A DNA stretch of 64,000 nucleotides, taken from assembly GCA_016212215.1 (NCBI GenBank), contig JACRGV010000009.1, positions 63 to 64,062 of the forward strand, read 5' to 3'. The notes below the pieces were generated by a model. The model made no database searches, had not been told where the DNA came from, and saw only the letters and a program-made list of their open reading frames with translations. Shown here piece by piece: positions 28,183 through 40,562 of this stretch. This DNA comes from Nitrospirota bacterium (lineage in GTDB: Bacteria; Nitrospirota; 9FT-COMBO-42-15; HDB-SIOI813). How positions within the stretch are numbered: position 1 is the stretch's first letter; every line of letters starts with the position of its first letter. The translations under genes and the position numbers were made by a program.

Positions 28183-29166
28183 GTGTGTTTAATCTATAAA
28201 ATAACAAGCAGATGTTTGCTAAGGTTTTACATATTAATTATTGTTGCAGGTATATCTTTTGCTCATTCGGCAGAAGGGGCAACAAGCAATAGTAATGTTT
28301 TTCTAAAAACTAACAATAACTTATACACTGTTAAGGCAACAGATGTATCACTTTTAAAACTCCTCCAGGAAATTACAACACAAACCGGGATAAAGGTATA
28401 TGGGGATACAAGCCTTTCATCTGAAATTATTACAGTAGATATTAGTGATGCTGCAATTGATGACCTTTTAAAGAAGATATTAGATAAATACAATTTTGCC
28501 TTTGTATTCTCATCAAAAGACATAGTTAATGGCAATTCAAACCCAGTCAGACTAAAAGAGGCATGGATATTCTCAAATGATAAAAAAGGGGGTGGAGGCG
28601 CCCCTTTCAGAGAGATTGCTTCCAGACAAGAGACATATACTTACCAGCCTCCAAAAGAAGTTTCAGATAGACCTAATGACACGGTTTTTAACCAGAATCT
28701 AAAGTTAAGAGAAATTCAGAATGTTAATAATCAGGACCCTGCGAGTATTCCGGCTCTATTAAATTTACTTAAAGATCCCAATCAGTCTGTCCGGCTTGCA
28801 GCTATGGACACACTCAGCAATTTTGGGCCTCTGATCCCGGTGGATCAATTGGTAAATATAGCATTTAATCATGAAGACCCTCAGATGAGGATTGCAGTAT
28901 TGGGAATGGGTATAGACATACCGAATGAGGCTATTGTAGAACATGTTCTTCATGACCCATCTCCGCAGGTAAGGCTTGAGGCCCTTCAGATACTTGGCGG
29001 TAGTGAGAACATTGAAGAGGTGGCAAGGCATGCACTGAATGACCCTGACCCGTCTGTCCAGGATGCAGCAAGAGAGATATTAAGAGGTATTTCCGAAGAA
29101 AATTCCGCACCTCCCCAAGAGGAAGAGGATTTGAATATCACAGATGGTATGGATGAAGAGCATTAA
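28183..29166 (+). CDS. exported protein with STN/secretin-N-like domain and HEAT repeats
   Basis: LL.EI...TGI..V...LL..IL; repeated D....VR..A...L; acidic tail; start uncertain. Confidence 0.65.
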   Translation: MCLIYKITSRCLLRFYILIIVAGISFAHSAEGATSNSNVFLKTNNNLYTVKATDVSLLKLLQEITTQTGIKVYGDTSLSSEIITVDISDAAIDDLLKKILDKYNFAFVFSSKDIVNGNSNPVRLKEAWIFSNDKKGGGGAPFREIASRQETYTYQPPKEVSDRPNDTVFNQNLKLREIQNVNNQDPASIPALLNLLKDPNQSVRLAAMDTLSNFGPLIPVDQLVNIAFNHEDPQMRIAVLGMGIDIPNEAIVEHVLHDPSPQVRLEALQILGGSENIEEVARHALNDPDPSVQDAAREILRGISEENSAPPQEEEDLNITDGMDEEH

Positions 29167-29257
29167 TCAAATCCCCACTACCCACCTTTTCTAAATGGGG
29201 AGCGTCTCCCGTGTTACTCATTCCTCATAAACCATCAACCATCAACCGTCTTAAACC

Positions 29258-29440
29258 GTAACCGTTCACAGTTATCAGTTTACGGTTCACGGTTTTTCAA
29301 CGAGTTATGTAACGCTTGGAGCATTTTTGAAATTGACTTCAATTCTTGAATGAGTTCTTTCGCATCACTATTAGAAAATACCTCTTACTTTTATATTTTT
29401 CTTAACCCTTAACTGTAAACTGTCAACTGTGAACGGTTAC
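29258..29440. mobile_element. non-autonomous IS66-like MITE
   Basis: perfect 16-bp TIR GTAACCGTTCACAGTT (30 bp with 3 mismatches); 8-bp direct repeat CTTAAACC at 29250-29257 and 29441-29448. Confidence 0.8.
29280..29384 (-). pseudogene. C-terminal remnant of a four-helix-bundle (23S rRNA IVP-like) gene
   Basis: translates EVFSNSDAKELIQELKSISKMLQALHNSLKNREP*, with no start codon. Confidence 0.55.
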
Positions 29441-29513
29441 CTTAAACCTTTCTTGCTTTTTAAACCCTATCCATTTAAAATCATGCTTTAAAATAATCTG
29501 GGTCTATCAGTAT

Positions 29514-32500
29514 ATGAAATTTCCCTCCACACTTTTACAAAAGTCTGTTATTGCTATCCTGATAATACTGCTTCCTGTAGTCGTCAGCTTTGTCTTTGAC
29601 TATTACAAGAACAAAGAGAATCTTAAGGAAGGTATACTGCGGGAGATGACGGTAATAGCAGAAGGTGTTGAAGGGCAGGTGTATAACTTCCTTGAGATGT
29701 CGAGGAGAAGGGCTTATGACTTCTCTACTGACGGATACATAAGAGACTCGTTACTTAAAATAAAGAAGGGCGACAAGGATGCACGATTTGCATTGAACCG
29801 TCACCTTCTTTTATATAAGAAACCTGTTGATGAAACTTTAAGCCGGATAAATATTATTTCAACTGATGGAAAGATTGTTGCGGCAACTGATTTTTCCTCT
29901 ATGGGGCTTGATGTATCAAATGAGGAATACTTCATAAAAGGAAGAGAAGGTTTAAATATTTCTGAGAATTTTCATGTCTCCAATGGCCTTCCTGAACTTG
30001 CAGTAACTGCACCTATTAAGAGCAATATTAATAATGGGACCATTGGCATCCTGGTTAATTTTATTACTTTATCAGAACTTAATGATGTCCTTTCCGGAGA
30101 GTTAAGCAGAAAATTCGGTGCCATATCATCAACACTTGGAAGACACAAGACAATGGAAATCTATCTTGCAAACAAAGATAGGTACATGATAACAGAGTCA
30201 AGGTTTATAAAAGACGCAGTATTAAAACAAAAGGTTAATTCTCTTCCTATTGAATTATGTTTGAATTCAAATAAGGAGTTTACAGGCTTCTATAAAGACT
30301 ACCGCGGGATAGAGGTTGCCGGTGCATCCATGTGCGTGCCTAAGTTGAAGTGGGTTTTATTAATTGAGACTGATACAAGCGAGACCTTTGCACCACTTTC
30401 AATTATGCGTAAAAGTGCCATTACCAGCGGAGGGGTTGTTGTTAGCATAATACTCATGGTTCTGTTATATATCTTTAAAAAATTTGTAATTCCTCTTCGA
30501 AAGGTATACACAGCAGCGGAAGACATTGCACAAGGGAACTACGATATTCGGATTCCTGTGGTTACAAGTGATGAAATAGGTATTGTTTCTTCTTCCATCA
30601 ACAGGATGGCAAGGGATATAAAAGAGCGGACTAAATTACTTGAAGAAAATGAGGGGCAGATCAGGGTAATCATAGATAATTCCACTGCGGTTATATATCT
30701 TAAGGACAGGGAGGGTAGGTACATACTTATAAATAAAAGATATGAAGAGCTGTTTCATATAACAAAGGAATATATTAAAGGAAAAACAGATTTTGACATA
30801 TTCCCTGAAGATATTGCATCTGCATTTAAAGCGAATGATGTCGAGGTCTTGAATGTCAAACAGCCGCTTCAGTTTGAAGAGATAGCCCCACACGATGATG
30901 GGCTTCATTACTACTTATCTATTAAAGTGCCAATATTTGATTCTTATGGATTCCCTTATGGAACTTGCGGTATCTCTACAGATATAACTGAACGTAAGCT
31001 TATGGAAAATGAGATCAATCTTCTCAAAAACATTTCTATTTCAATCGGAAAATCAGAAGACTTCGATTCTGCCCTCAGGGAGGTACTCGCAAGGGTATGC
31101 GAGTTTACAGGGTGGGTCTTTGGTGAGGTTTGGTTCCCAAATCAAGAAGGGACCTTATTGGAATACGGTTCCATCTGTTACGGAAAAGACAACAGGTTGA
31201 AAAGTTTCTGTGATGCAAGTAAACAGTATACTTTTTCAAAGGGGACAGGACTGCCGGGACGTGTCTGGTTAACGAACAAACCGGAATGGATCAGGGATGT
31301 AACCATAAATAACACTGGGTTTCTAAGACCGGACCTCGCTTTAAAGGCCGGTATTAAAGCAAGCCTCGGCGTTCCGATTATAGCCGGTGAAGATGTCCTC
31401 GCTGTCATTGTATTCTTTGTGTCCAATGTACGGGAAGAGGACAGACAGCTTATCAGTATAATCTGGGCTGTTGCATCTCAGCTTGGTCCTATTTTCCAGC
31501 GTAAGCATACAGAGGATTTACGTTCAGAATTACAGCAGAGGTATGAAGGGCTTGTGAACAGCCTTGATGTTGGGGTTTACAGACATACGCTTGACGGCCG
31601 GTTCACAGAGGTAAATCAGGGGGCAATCAGACTGGCAGAGGCGGAATCTGAAGATGAGCTTTTAATCCATAATGCAGAAGAATTAGTCTACAATAAAAAA
31701 ACTTATGCAGAGCTTATAGAAAAATTATCACAGAAAGGTTTTATTAAAAATCTTGAAGTTGAGTGTATAACATTAAAAGGCAGGAGATTCTGGGCATCTA
31801 TCTCAGCAGTCTTAAAAAAGGATGAAAATGGGATAACCTTTATTGATGGACTTATAGAAGACATTACACTAAATAAGAGCCTTGAAGAACAGCTTATACA
31901 GGCCCAAAAGACTGAGGCTATTGGACGGCTCGCCGGTGGTATTGCACATGACTTTAATAATATACTTACCGCAATAATAGGTTATGGCACCATCCTGCGA
32001 ATGAAGCGTGGAGATGATGAACTGTTGAACAAGAATATCAGCAATATACTTACTCTCTGTGAAAGGGCAGCTAACCTGACTCAGGGACTCCTCACCTTCA
32101 GCAGAAGACAATATATGAATGTAGGTATTTATAATCTGAATGAGATTGTTAAGAGCTCAGAAAAGATGTTATCAAGAATTATTGGTGAGGATATTACTAT
32201 AAACTCAATACTGCATGAAAAAGAACTTATGGTGAAGGCTGATTTTGCACAGATAGAGCAGGTACTCTTAAACCTTGCCACAAATTCTATAGATGCCATG
32301 CCTGCAGGCGGGACATTAACTATCAGGACAAGTCTCACAGCCCTTGATGACAAATATATAGAGAAACACGGATATGGTGAGTCAGGAGATTATGCATCAA
32401 TATTGTTTTCTGACACTGGAACCGGCGTAAGCGAAGATGTTATGCAGAAGATGTTTGACCCTTTTTATACAACAAAAGAGGTAGGTAAGGGGACAGGGCT

Positions 32501-33047
32501 TGGGTTATCCATAGTATCCGGCATAGTTAAACAGCATAATGGTTTTATTGATGTAAATAGTGTGCCGGGTACAGGAACGACATTCAGTATATATATTCCC
32601 ATTACAAAGTTGTTAACTGAGAAAAAAGGATTTTCTGAGGTAATGATTCAAAAAGGGAAAAAGATGCTAATACTCCTCGCAGAGGATGAGGAGGAGGTAA
32701 GAAAGGTAACTGCAAATGCACTGAGGGAATTCGGTTATACAGTGATTGAGGCAGTTGACGGAGAAGATGCATTAATTAAGTTTATGGAAAACAAAGATTC
32801 TATTCATCTGTTATTTTTTGATATTGTTATGCCGCACAAGGGTGGTCTGGATGCTTATGAAGAGATAATTAAGTCAAGGCCTGAATTAAAGGCTATATTT
32901 ACAAGCGGGTATACATTAGAGATGGATAATATGAACAAAATCCATGAATATGGTTGTGACTTTATCCCTAAACCTATCTCGCCAACACTCCTTTATAAGA
33001 AGGTCAGTGATGCATTGAATTCAATAACATCGCAGATTAAGGAATAA
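29514..33047 (+). CDS. hybrid sensor histidine kinase (Cache-HAMP-PAS-GAF-PAS-HisKA-HATPase-REC)
   Basis: AHDFNNIL, NLATNSIDAM, DTGTG, FYTTK..GKGTGLGL, DIVMP. Confidence 0.95.
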   Translation: MKFPSTLLQKSVIAILIILLPVVVSFVFDYYKNKENLKEGILREMTVIAEGVEGQVYNFLEMSRRRAYDFSTDGYIRDSLLKIKKGDKDARFALNRHLLLYKKPVDETLSRINIISTDGKIVAATDFSSMGLDVSNEEYFIKGREGLNISENFHVSNGLPELAVTAPIKSNINNGTIGILVNFITLSELNDVLSGELSRKFGAISSTLGRHKTMEIYLANKDRYMITESRFIKDAVLKQKVNSLPIELCLNSNKEFTGFYKDYRGIEVAGASMCVPKLKWVLLIETDTSETFAPLSIMRKSAITSGGVVVSIILMVLLYIFKKFVIPLRKVYTAAEDIAQGNYDIRIPVVTSDEIGIVSSSINRMARDIKERTKLLEENEGQIRVIIDNSTAVIYLKDREGRYILINKRYEELFHITKEYIKGKTDFDIFPEDIASAFKANDVEVLNVKQPLQFEEIAPHDDGLHYYLSIKVPIFDSYGFPYGTCGISTDITERKLMENEINLLKNISISIGKSEDFDSALREVLARVCEFTGWVFGEVWFPNQEGTLLEYGSICYGKDNRLKSFCDASKQYTFSKGTGLPGRVWLTNKPEWIRDVTINNTGFLRPDLALKAGIKASLGVPIIAGEDVLAVIVFFVSNVREEDRQLISIIWAVASQLGPIFQRKHTEDLRSELQQRYEGLVNSLDVGVYRHTLDGRFTEVNQGAIRLAEAESEDELLIHNAEELVYNKKTYAELIEKLSQKGFIKNLEVECITLKGRRFWASISAVLKKDENGITFIDGLIEDITLNKSLEEQLIQAQKTEAIGRLAGGIAHDFNNILTAIIGYGTILRMKRGDDELLNKNISNILTLCERAANLTQGLLTFSRRQYMNVGIYNLNEIVKSSEKMLSRIIGEDITINSILHEKELMVKADFAQIEQVLLNLATNSIDAMPAGGTLTIRTSLTALDDKYIEKHGYGESGDYASILFSDTGTGVSEDVMQKMFDPFYTTKEVGKGTGLGLSIVSGIVKQHNGFIDVNSVPGTGTTFSIYIPITKLLTEKKGFSEVMIQKGKKMLILLAEDEEEVRKVTANALREFGYTVIEAVDGEDALIKFMENKDSIHLLFFDIVMPHKGGLDAYEEIIKSRPELKAIFTSGYTLEMDNMNKIHEYGCDFIPKPISPTLLYKKVSDALNSITSQIKE

Positions 33048-33061
33048 CCTTAGCCTCATAT

Positions 33062-33124
33062 TTCCCCTCCCCTTGCGGGAGGGGATTAAGGGGAGGGTTA
33101 GGGTGGGGATGGGGTTATTTTCGG
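33062..33124 (+). repeat. palindromic repeat, family A (CCCTCCCCTTCAAGGGGAGGGTTAGGGTGGGGATGGGGTT)
   Basis: copies at ~35034, 37005, 40213, 42746, 44433, 51771, 54333 and inverted at ~51296. Confidence 0.85.
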
Positions 33125-33148
33125 AACATAATTAACTCATTCCATCTG

Positions 33149-33178
33149 TTGACGCTCATTGAGCAATTGTGTTAGTAT
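33149..33178 (+). promoter_or_regulatory. sigma70-type promoter of the ilv-leu operon
   Basis: TTGACG-N18-TAGTAT with TG extension. Confidence 0.45.
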
Positions 33179-33226
33179 GTAGCAATTTTAAAGGGGCCAT
33201 AATAGGGGCCAAAATTGGGGAACAAC

Positions 33227-34993
33227 ATGAAAATGAGCGGGGCAGAGATACTTATAGAGTCGTTAAAAAAGGAAGGCGTTGATACTGTATTTGGAATGCC
33301 CGGCGGAGTTGTCCTGCAGATATTTGATGTCCTTTATAACGAAAAGAATCTCAAATTTATATTAACACGCCATGAACAGGGCGCGGCCCATGCGGCTGAT
33401 GGTTATGCACGCGCAAAGGGGAAACCAGGGGTCGCCCTTGTTACATCAGGGCCCGGTGCAACGAATACAGTTACCGGTATTGCCAATGCCCACATGGATT
33501 CTATTCCGCTTATAGTTATTACAGGTCAGGTTGCAACAAGGATGATCGGTAATGATGCATTCCAGGAGGCGGATATTGTCGGAATAACAAGGCCGTGCAC
33601 AAAATATAATTTTCTTGTAAAGAGTGTTGATGAGCTTGCAAAGACGATTAAAGAGGCATTTTATATTGCAAGTACAGGCCGGCCCGGTCCTGTACTTATT
33701 GATTTACCAAAAGATATTTCAGGTGCAAGGACTGATTTCGAGTATCCTGAAAAGGTCTCAATGCGGAGTTATAATCCGACTTATTACGGTAATAAATGGC
33801 AGATTAAGCAGGCAGCTCAGGCAATCCTGAGGGCAAAACGGCCGGTAATATATGCCGGCGGCGGCGTTATCCTCTCAAATGCATCTGGAGAGCTGAAAGA
33901 ACTTGCAGAGTTAAACAGGATACCTGTTACCCTCACGCTAATGGGGCTTGGCGGGTTTCCGGGTACGCATCCTCTGTTTCTTGGAATGCTTGGGATGCAT
34001 GGTACTTATGCGGCAAACATGAGTGTGCATGATGCAGACCTTGTTATTGCCATAGGGTCACGGTTTGATGACCGTGTTACCGGCAAGGTAAGCGAGTTTG
34101 CGCCAAAGGCTAAGTTTATTCATATAGACATTGACCCCACAAACATAAGAAAGAATATCCATGTTGATATTCCTATTGTTGGTGATGTGAGAAATGTCCT
34201 TGTGGAATTAAATAAGGAGCTTAAGACACTGGAAGAAAACCGGAACCAGTTAATAAGGGAAAGAGATCCGTGGTATTCACAGATAAAAGAATGGGAGAAG
34301 GGGCACCCGCTTTCATATAAAAAGAGTAATAAGGTGATAAAACCACAGTACGTTATAGAAAAGATATATGAGCTTTCAGGCGGTGATGCAATTGTGGCAT
34401 CAGATGTGGGACAACATCAGATGTGGGTAGCCCAGTTTTTCAAATATGACAGACCGAGGACATCCATTACTTCAGGCGGGTTGGGGACAATGGGATTCGG
34501 TCTTCCTGCTGCTATTGGCGCACAGTTTGCGTGTCCGGATAAACTTGTATTCAATGTTGCAGGGGACGGCAGTTTCCAGATGAATGTTCAGGAACTCGCA
34601 ACTATTGCTGTAAACAAATTACCAATAAAGATAGTTATCATAAATAATGGTTCTCTTGGAATGGTGAGGCAGTGGCAGGAGTTATTCTTTAATCAGCATT
34701 ATTCAGGCAGCATTATAAAAGATATGCCGGACTATGTAAAACTTGCTGAGGCATACAGTATTAAAGGCTTGAGGGCAACTAATCCATCGGAAGTAGAAGG
34801 GATAATTAAAGAGGCGATTAACACAGATGGGCCTGTGCTGATGGATTTCATAGTAGACCCCGGAGAAAACGTATTTCCAATGGTACCGGCGGGCGCAGCG
34901 AACTCAGAGATGATCTTCGGAGAATCTGCAAAGAGTGTAAAAGACAAGACAGCGGCTAAGAAAGAGAAGAAAAACTCGGTGCTGCCGGCATGA
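33227..34993 (+). CDS. ilvB: acetolactate synthase large subunit
   Basis: [37 protein letters not shown]. Confidence 0.97.
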   Translation: MKMSGAEILIESLKKEGVDTVFGMPGGVVLQIFDVLYNEKNLKFILTRHEQGAAHAADGYARAKGKPGVALVTSGPGATNTVTGIANAHMDSIPLIVITGQVATRMIGNDAFQEADIVGITRPCTKYNFLVKSVDELAKTIKEAFYIASTGRPGPVLIDLPKDISGARTDFEYPEKVSMRSYNPTYYGNKWQIKQAAQAILRAKRPVIYAGGGVILSNASGELKELAELNRIPVTLTLMGLGGFPGTHPLFLGMLGMHGTYAANMSVHDADLVIAIGSRFDDRVTGKVSEFAPKAKFIHIDIDPTNIRKNIHVDIPIVGDVRNVLVELNKELKTLEENRNQLIRERDPWYSQIKEWEKGHPLSYKKSNKVIKPQYVIEKIYELSGGDAIVASDVGQHQMWVAQFFKYDRPRTSITSGGLGTMGFGLPAAIGAQFACPDKLVFNVAGDGSFQMNVQELATIAVNKLPIKIVIINNGSLGMVRQWQELFFNQHYSGSIIKDMPDYVKLAEAYSIKGLRATNPSEVEGIIKEAINTDGPVLMDFIVDPGENVFPMVPAGAANSEMIFGESAKSVKDKTAAKKEKKNSVLPA

Positions 34994-34994
34994 C

Positions 34995-35090
34995 AAACAG
35001 TAAGCAGGTAGCAGGAAGCAGTAAAAAAAAGAATTCCCTCCCCTTCAAGGGGAGGGTTAGGGTGGGGATGGGGTTTATTCTTCGATGAAT
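34995..35090 (+). repeat. heptamer tract plus family A palindrome
   Basis: AAACAGT AAGCAGG TAGCAGG AAGCAGT followed by family A. Confidence 0.8.
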
Positions 35091-35107
35091 CAGGAGACAC
35101 AATTCTT

Positions 35108-35629
35108 ATGCAGCATATAATAAGCATTTTAGTAGAAAATAAATTCGGTGTGCTTTCAAGGGTGGCTGGGCTGTTCAGCGGCAGGGGGTTTAATATCGAG
35201 AGTATATCAGTCGGCACGACACTTGATTCTTCTACATCTCAGATTACAGTTGTGACTATGGGTGATGATCGGATCATAGAGCAGATAATCAAGCACCTGA
35301 ATAAGCTGATTGATGTTATAAAGGTCATTGACCTTTCTGAGAAGGATTATATTGTAAGGGAGGCAGCACTGATCAAGATACACACAAGCAGGCCGGAGGA
35401 CAGGAGCGAGGCATTAAGGATTACAGAAATATTCAGGGCAAGGGTCGTTGATTCTACACCATCAACATATACTGTTGAGATTACGGGTGATGAGAATAAG
35501 ATAGAGGCAATCATAAACCTGCTCCGCCCACTCGGCATAAAAGAGATCGTCAGGACAGGAAAGATAGCAATAGCAAGGGAAGACATGAAACAGACCGCCA
35601 TGCAGGAGTTGAAGAAGGTAAGAGCGTAA
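35108..35629 (+). CDS. ilvN: acetolactate synthase small subunit
   Basis: LVENKFGVLSRVAGLFSGRGFNIESI. Confidence 0.97.
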   Translation: MQHIISILVENKFGVLSRVAGLFSGRGFNIESISVGTTLDSSTSQITVVTMGDDRIIEQIIKHLNKLIDVIKVIDLSEKDYIVREAALIKIHTSRPEDRSEALRITEIFRARVVDSTPSTYTVEITGDENKIEAIINLLRPLGIKEIVRTGKIAIAREDMKQTAMQELKKVRA

Positions 35630-35713
35630 TAGGGATGAGCATAGAGCAGAAGTAAGAAGCAAGAAATTAGAAGTAAGAAGATTGTACTGATAATAAACAC
35701 TAAGGGGGAATGA

Positions 35714-36727
<1,014 letters not shown>

Positions 36728-36743
36728 CGGATAACGCAAAAAG

Positions 36744-37184
36744 CCCCCCCTCCCCTTAATCCCCTCCCGCAAGGGGAGGGGAGACATAAGAGAGATTCCT
36801 TACCCTGGGGGGAGCGGGTACATAGAATATGCTCAAGGGAGAGGGTACTAAGTTTATCCCCCCTCCCTTGACGGGAGGGGGTTAGGGGGAGGGTGAGCTA
36901 TGGTGATTTTCGGATGAACTCCCATGAGCGGGGCGATCACAAAGGGCAATGAAAACCCCACCCTCACCCTAACCCTCTCCCTGAGGGAGAGGGGGCTACG
37001 TTGATTCCCTCCCCTTCAAGGGGAGGGGTAGGGTGGGGATGGGGTTGATTTTCGGATGAACTCACATGAACCAGGGTTCACGAATGGCAATGAAAATCAA
37101 CGGGACAAGAATGTCCCGCCTATCCTCATAGATATGGATAGGCGGGGTTTTCTTACCCCGCCGGAAGGATTTTCGAGTGAGTTC
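36744..37184 (+). repeat. composite array: payload B - linker - payload A - linker - payload C
   Basis: linkers at 36907-36955 and 37049-37096; REP doublet C at 37101-37164. Confidence 0.9.
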
Positions 37185-37207
37185 AATCAGGAGGATGAAA
37201 ACAATAA

Positions 37208-37852
37208 ATGGATCGTAACAGTGCCCCGTTAGCAGCAGAAGGGGTGCCTTTTGTAATTATTTCCGGGGTTATATCCATTTTGCTCTTTCTTCCGGGATGG
37301 TTGATACCCGGCATTATTTCTTCTCTGCTTTTTCTTTTTATAGTATGGTTTTTCCGTAATCCTCAGCGGAGTATTCCGACCGGGAAAAATTTGGTTGTCT
37401 CTCCTGCGGACGGTAAGATCATTGTAATAAAGAAAGGCGAAGTTGACCGTGTTCTGAAAAAGAAGATGGTGAAGATAAGCATATTCATGAATGTCTTTAA
37501 TGTCCATGTGAACAGGATACCGTGCAAAGGAAAGATAGTTGATATACTCTACAATCCCGGGAAATTTGTATCTGCCAATTTAGATAAGGCATCCCTTGAG
37601 AATGAGCAGAATGCCGTTGTAATGGAGACTGAGAAAGGGGAGAAGGTACTTTTTATACAGATAGCAGGATTGATTGCAAGGAGGATCGTCTGCCGTCTCA
37701 AAACCGGTCAACGTGTTGAAAGGGGAGAGCGGTTCGGATTAATAAGGTTCGGGTCAAGGGTGGATGTGTATCTGCCTGAGACTGCTGATATTAAGGTATC
37801 AATAGGACAAAAGGTGAAAGGAGGCGAGAGTATTCTCGCGGCACTGAAATAA
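37208..37852 (+). CDS. psd: phosphatidylserine decarboxylase
   Basis: FFRNP, SPADG, IFMNVFNVHVNR, IRFGSRVD. Confidence 0.95.
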   Translation: MDRNSAPLAAEGVPFVIISGVISILLFLPGWLIPGIISSLLFLFIVWFFRNPQRSIPTGKNLVVSPADGKIIVIKKGEVDRVLKKKMVKISIFMNVFNVHVNRIPCKGKIVDILYNPGKFVSANLDKASLENEQNAVVMETEKGEKVLFIQIAGLIARRIVCRLKTGQRVERGERFGLIRFGSRVDVYLPETADIKVSIGQKVKGGESILAALK

Positions 37853-38631
37853 TGGAAAATACTAATCCCCAAAATCCCCAAAATCAAAAGATAGGTGTGT
37901 TTATCATACCAAGCCTGCTTACTTTGGCAAACCTGTTTTGCGGTTTCTATGCAATTATAGGGATTCAGAAGTCCGACTACACGCTTGCTGCATGGGCCAT
38001 TCTCTTAGGGATGTTGTTTGACAGCTTTGACGGCAAGATAGCGAGACTTACAAATTCAACCAGCCGTTTCGGTATTGAGCTTGATTCCCTTGCTGACCTT
38101 GTTTCATTCGGCGTTGCGCCCGGTCTGTTGATTTATTCATGGGCATTAAACGGTTACGGCAAGATAGGATGGCTTGCAGTGTTCCTGTTTGTAGCATGCG
38201 GGGCTATCAGGCTTGCAAGGTTCAATACACAGGCAACAAGTTCTGCAAGCAATTATTTTACGGGATTACCAATTCCAGCGGCAGCCGGTCTCATAGCTAC
38301 CACAGTTATTTTTGATAGCCATATACTTGAGATGGGTAACGAGGTAAGGCCGATTGTAGTGCTTCTTATGACTTACATCCTTGCATACCTTATGGTGAGC
38401 ACAATAGGGTACCGGAGTTTCAAAAATGTTCACCTTGGAGAAAAGAAGTCTGTGTCTGCCCTTGTTGCAGCAGTTCTTGTAATTATTATTATAATTGCAG
38501 AACCGCAGATAATGCTGTTTGTAATCTTTGCTTTATATGCATCATTAGGGCCTTCAGAGAGGGTTCTTCTGCCGTTGATAAAGGCTATTCGTCATAAGGT
38601 GCATCATAAGGGGGAAGGGAAAGTTGCGTAG
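37852..38631 (+). CDS. pssA: CDP-diacylglycerol--serine O-phosphatidyltransferase
   Basis: D..DG..AR......FG.ELDSLAD.VSFG.AP, RLARFN. Confidence 0.95.
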   Translation: MENTNPQNPQNQKIGVFIIPSLLTLANLFCGFYAIIGIQKSDYTLAAWAILLGMLFDSFDGKIARLTNSTSRFGIELDSLADLVSFGVAPGLLIYSWALNGYGKIGWLAVFLFVACGAIRLARFNTQATSSASNYFTGLPIPAAAGLIATTVIFDSHILEMGNEVRPIVVLLMTYILAYLMVSTIGYRSFKNVHLGEKKSVSALVAAVLVIIIIIAEPQIMLFVIFALYASLGPSERVLLPLIKAIRHKVHHKGEGKVA

Positions 38632-40135
38632 AATTAAGATATTTGATACCACACTGAGAGACGGGGAACAGTGTCCCGGCGCCAGTATGAATAAGGAGGA
38701 AAAGCTTACAGTTGCAAGACAACTGGCCAGGCTTAATGTAGATATAATTGAGGCAGGTTTTCCAATTGCATCAGAAGATGATTTTGATGCGGTAAGACTC
38801 ATTGCAGGGGATGTAAAAGGGCCTGTGATTGCAGGGCTTGCAAGGGCGAGAAAAGAAGATATAGAGCGTGCGGCCGAGGCGGTAAAGATTGCTGAACGTT
38901 CAAGGATACATACATTTATTGCAACATCTGAGATACATATACAACAGAAACTTAGGATGAGCCGTGAGGAGGTTATCGAAGCCGCTGTTGCTGCGGTCAG
39001 ACTTGCGAGACAGTTTACAGATGATGTGGAATTTTCTGCAGAGGACGCCTCAAGGAGTGATATAGATTTTCTGTGCAGGGTGGTGGAAGCGGCCATTAAT
39101 GCAGGTGCATCCACTATAAATATACCGGATACTGTCGGCTATGCACTCCCTGATGAGTTTGGTGAATTAATCGGCAGTATAATGAACAGAGTTCCCAATG
39201 TTGATAAGGCGGTGATAAGTGTTCATTGCCATAATGATCTGGGGCTTGCAGTTGCAAATTCCTTATCCGCTGTCCTTGCAGGGGCAGGTCAGGTGGAGTG
39301 TACTATAAATGGTATTGGAGAGAGGGCCGGCAATGCCTCTATGGAAGAGGTTGTTATGGCCTTAAAGACGAGGGGACAATATTTTAGTGCGGACACCGGT
39401 ATTACTACGCAGGAGATTTATAAATCAAGCAGACTTGTGAGCACAATAACCGGCATGGTTGTTCAGCCGAATAAGGCGATCGTCGGGGCTAATGCCTTTG
39501 CCCATGAGTCCGGAATCCATCAGGACGGGCTGTTGAAAGATAAAAGGACCTATGAGATAATGACGCCTGAATCTGTTGGAATATCTGAGCACAAATTAGT
39601 GCTTGGAAAACATTCAGGCAGGCACGCATTCAAGAATAAACTCGTGGAGATGGGATACAACATCTCAGAGGATGAGATAAACAAGGCGTTTGAACGATTC
39701 AAGAAGCTTGCTGACCAGAAGAAAGAGGTCTTTGAGGAAGATTTGGACGCAATTGTAACTGAGGAGGTTTACCGGATACCTGAGAGATTTGTATTGAAAA
39801 ATTTACATGTGGAAAGCGGCAGTAATGTAACCCCTGCGGCAATGGTTGAACTTGAGATAGACGGCAGGAGTGTTACGAACAAATCGTCCGGAGACGGGCC
39901 GGTAGACGCCACCTACAGGACTATAAAAGAGATGGTAAAGACAAACAGCATCCTGTTGTCTTATGAAGTCAAAGCTATAACAGGCGGGACAGACGCACTC
40001 GGCGAAGTTACAGTAAGACTTGAAGAAAATGGAAGAACAGTAGTCGGCCAGGGTGCAGACACAGATATTATAATAGCCAGTGCAAAGGCATATCTGAATG
40101 GACTGAACAGGATGGAGAGCAGGAAAAAGCAGTGA
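38624..40135 (+). CDS. leuA: 2-isopropylmalate synthase
   Basis: [26 protein letters not shown]-terminal regulatory domain. Confidence 0.97.
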   Translation: MRRIKIFDTTLRDGEQCPGASMNKEEKLTVARQLARLNVDIIEAGFPIASEDDFDAVRLIAGDVKGPVIAGLARARKEDIERAAEAVKIAERSRIHTFIATSEIHIQQKLRMSREEVIEAAVAAVRLARQFTDDVEFSAEDASRSDIDFLCRVVEAAINAGASTINIPDTVGYALPDEFGELIGSIMNRVPNVDKAVISVHCHNDLGLAVANSLSAVLAGAGQVECTINGIGERAGNASMEEVVMALKTRGQYFSADTGITTQEIYKSSRLVSTITGMVVQPNKAIVGANAFAHESGIHQDGLLKDKRTYEIMTPESVGISEHKLVLGKHSGRHAFKNKLVEMGYNISEDEINKAFERFKKLADQKKEVFEEDLDAIVTEEVYRIPERFVLKNLHVESGSNVTPAAMVELEIDGRSVTNKSSGDGPVDATYRTIKEMVKTNSILLSYEVKAITGGTDALGEVTVRLEENGRTVVGQGADTDIIIASAKAYLNGLNRMESRKKQ

Positions 40136-40546
40136 ATCGTGATTAGTGAATGGTGAATAGTAAAGGCCCCCTCACCCGGAGCCTCTCCCTGAGGGGGAGG
40201 GGGCTACGTTGATTCCCTCCCCTTCAAGGGGAGGGGTAGGGTGGGGATGGGGTTGATTTTCGGATGAACTGTCATGAAACGGAGGTTTCACAAAGGAGGA
40301 TGAAAACCACCCCCCCAATCCCCCCCTTGTTAAGGGGGGGAAAGTTCCTTTGGTGCTCAATGGCCAACGGCAATCCCCCCCTTTGTTCAAGGGGGGGCAT
40401 GGGGGGGTCATTTTCGGATGAACCCACATGAACCAGGGTTCACAAAGGGACATGAAAATCAGCGGGACAAGAAAGTCCCGCCTATCCTCGTAGAGATGGA
40501 TAGGCGGGGTTTTCTTACCCCGCCGGAAGGGATTTTCGGATGAATG
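40132..40546 (+). repeat. composite array: heptamers - A - linker - E - linker - C - half linker
   Basis: linkers at 40257-40306 and 40411-40458; C at 40463-40526. Confidence 0.9.
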
Positions 40547-40562
40547 CAAATGAGGTTAAACT

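Noticed and set aside
36744..37184. CRISPR array
   Set aside because: The linkers are too variable, the spacers are 90-160-nt repeated palindromes, and there are no cas genes.
40172..40549. 125-aa minus-strand ORF (also 34732-35217, 41780-41971, 51238-51435, 59115-59500)
   Set aside because: These are translations of palindromic repeats (PHPHPNPPLEGEG) or antisense shadows.
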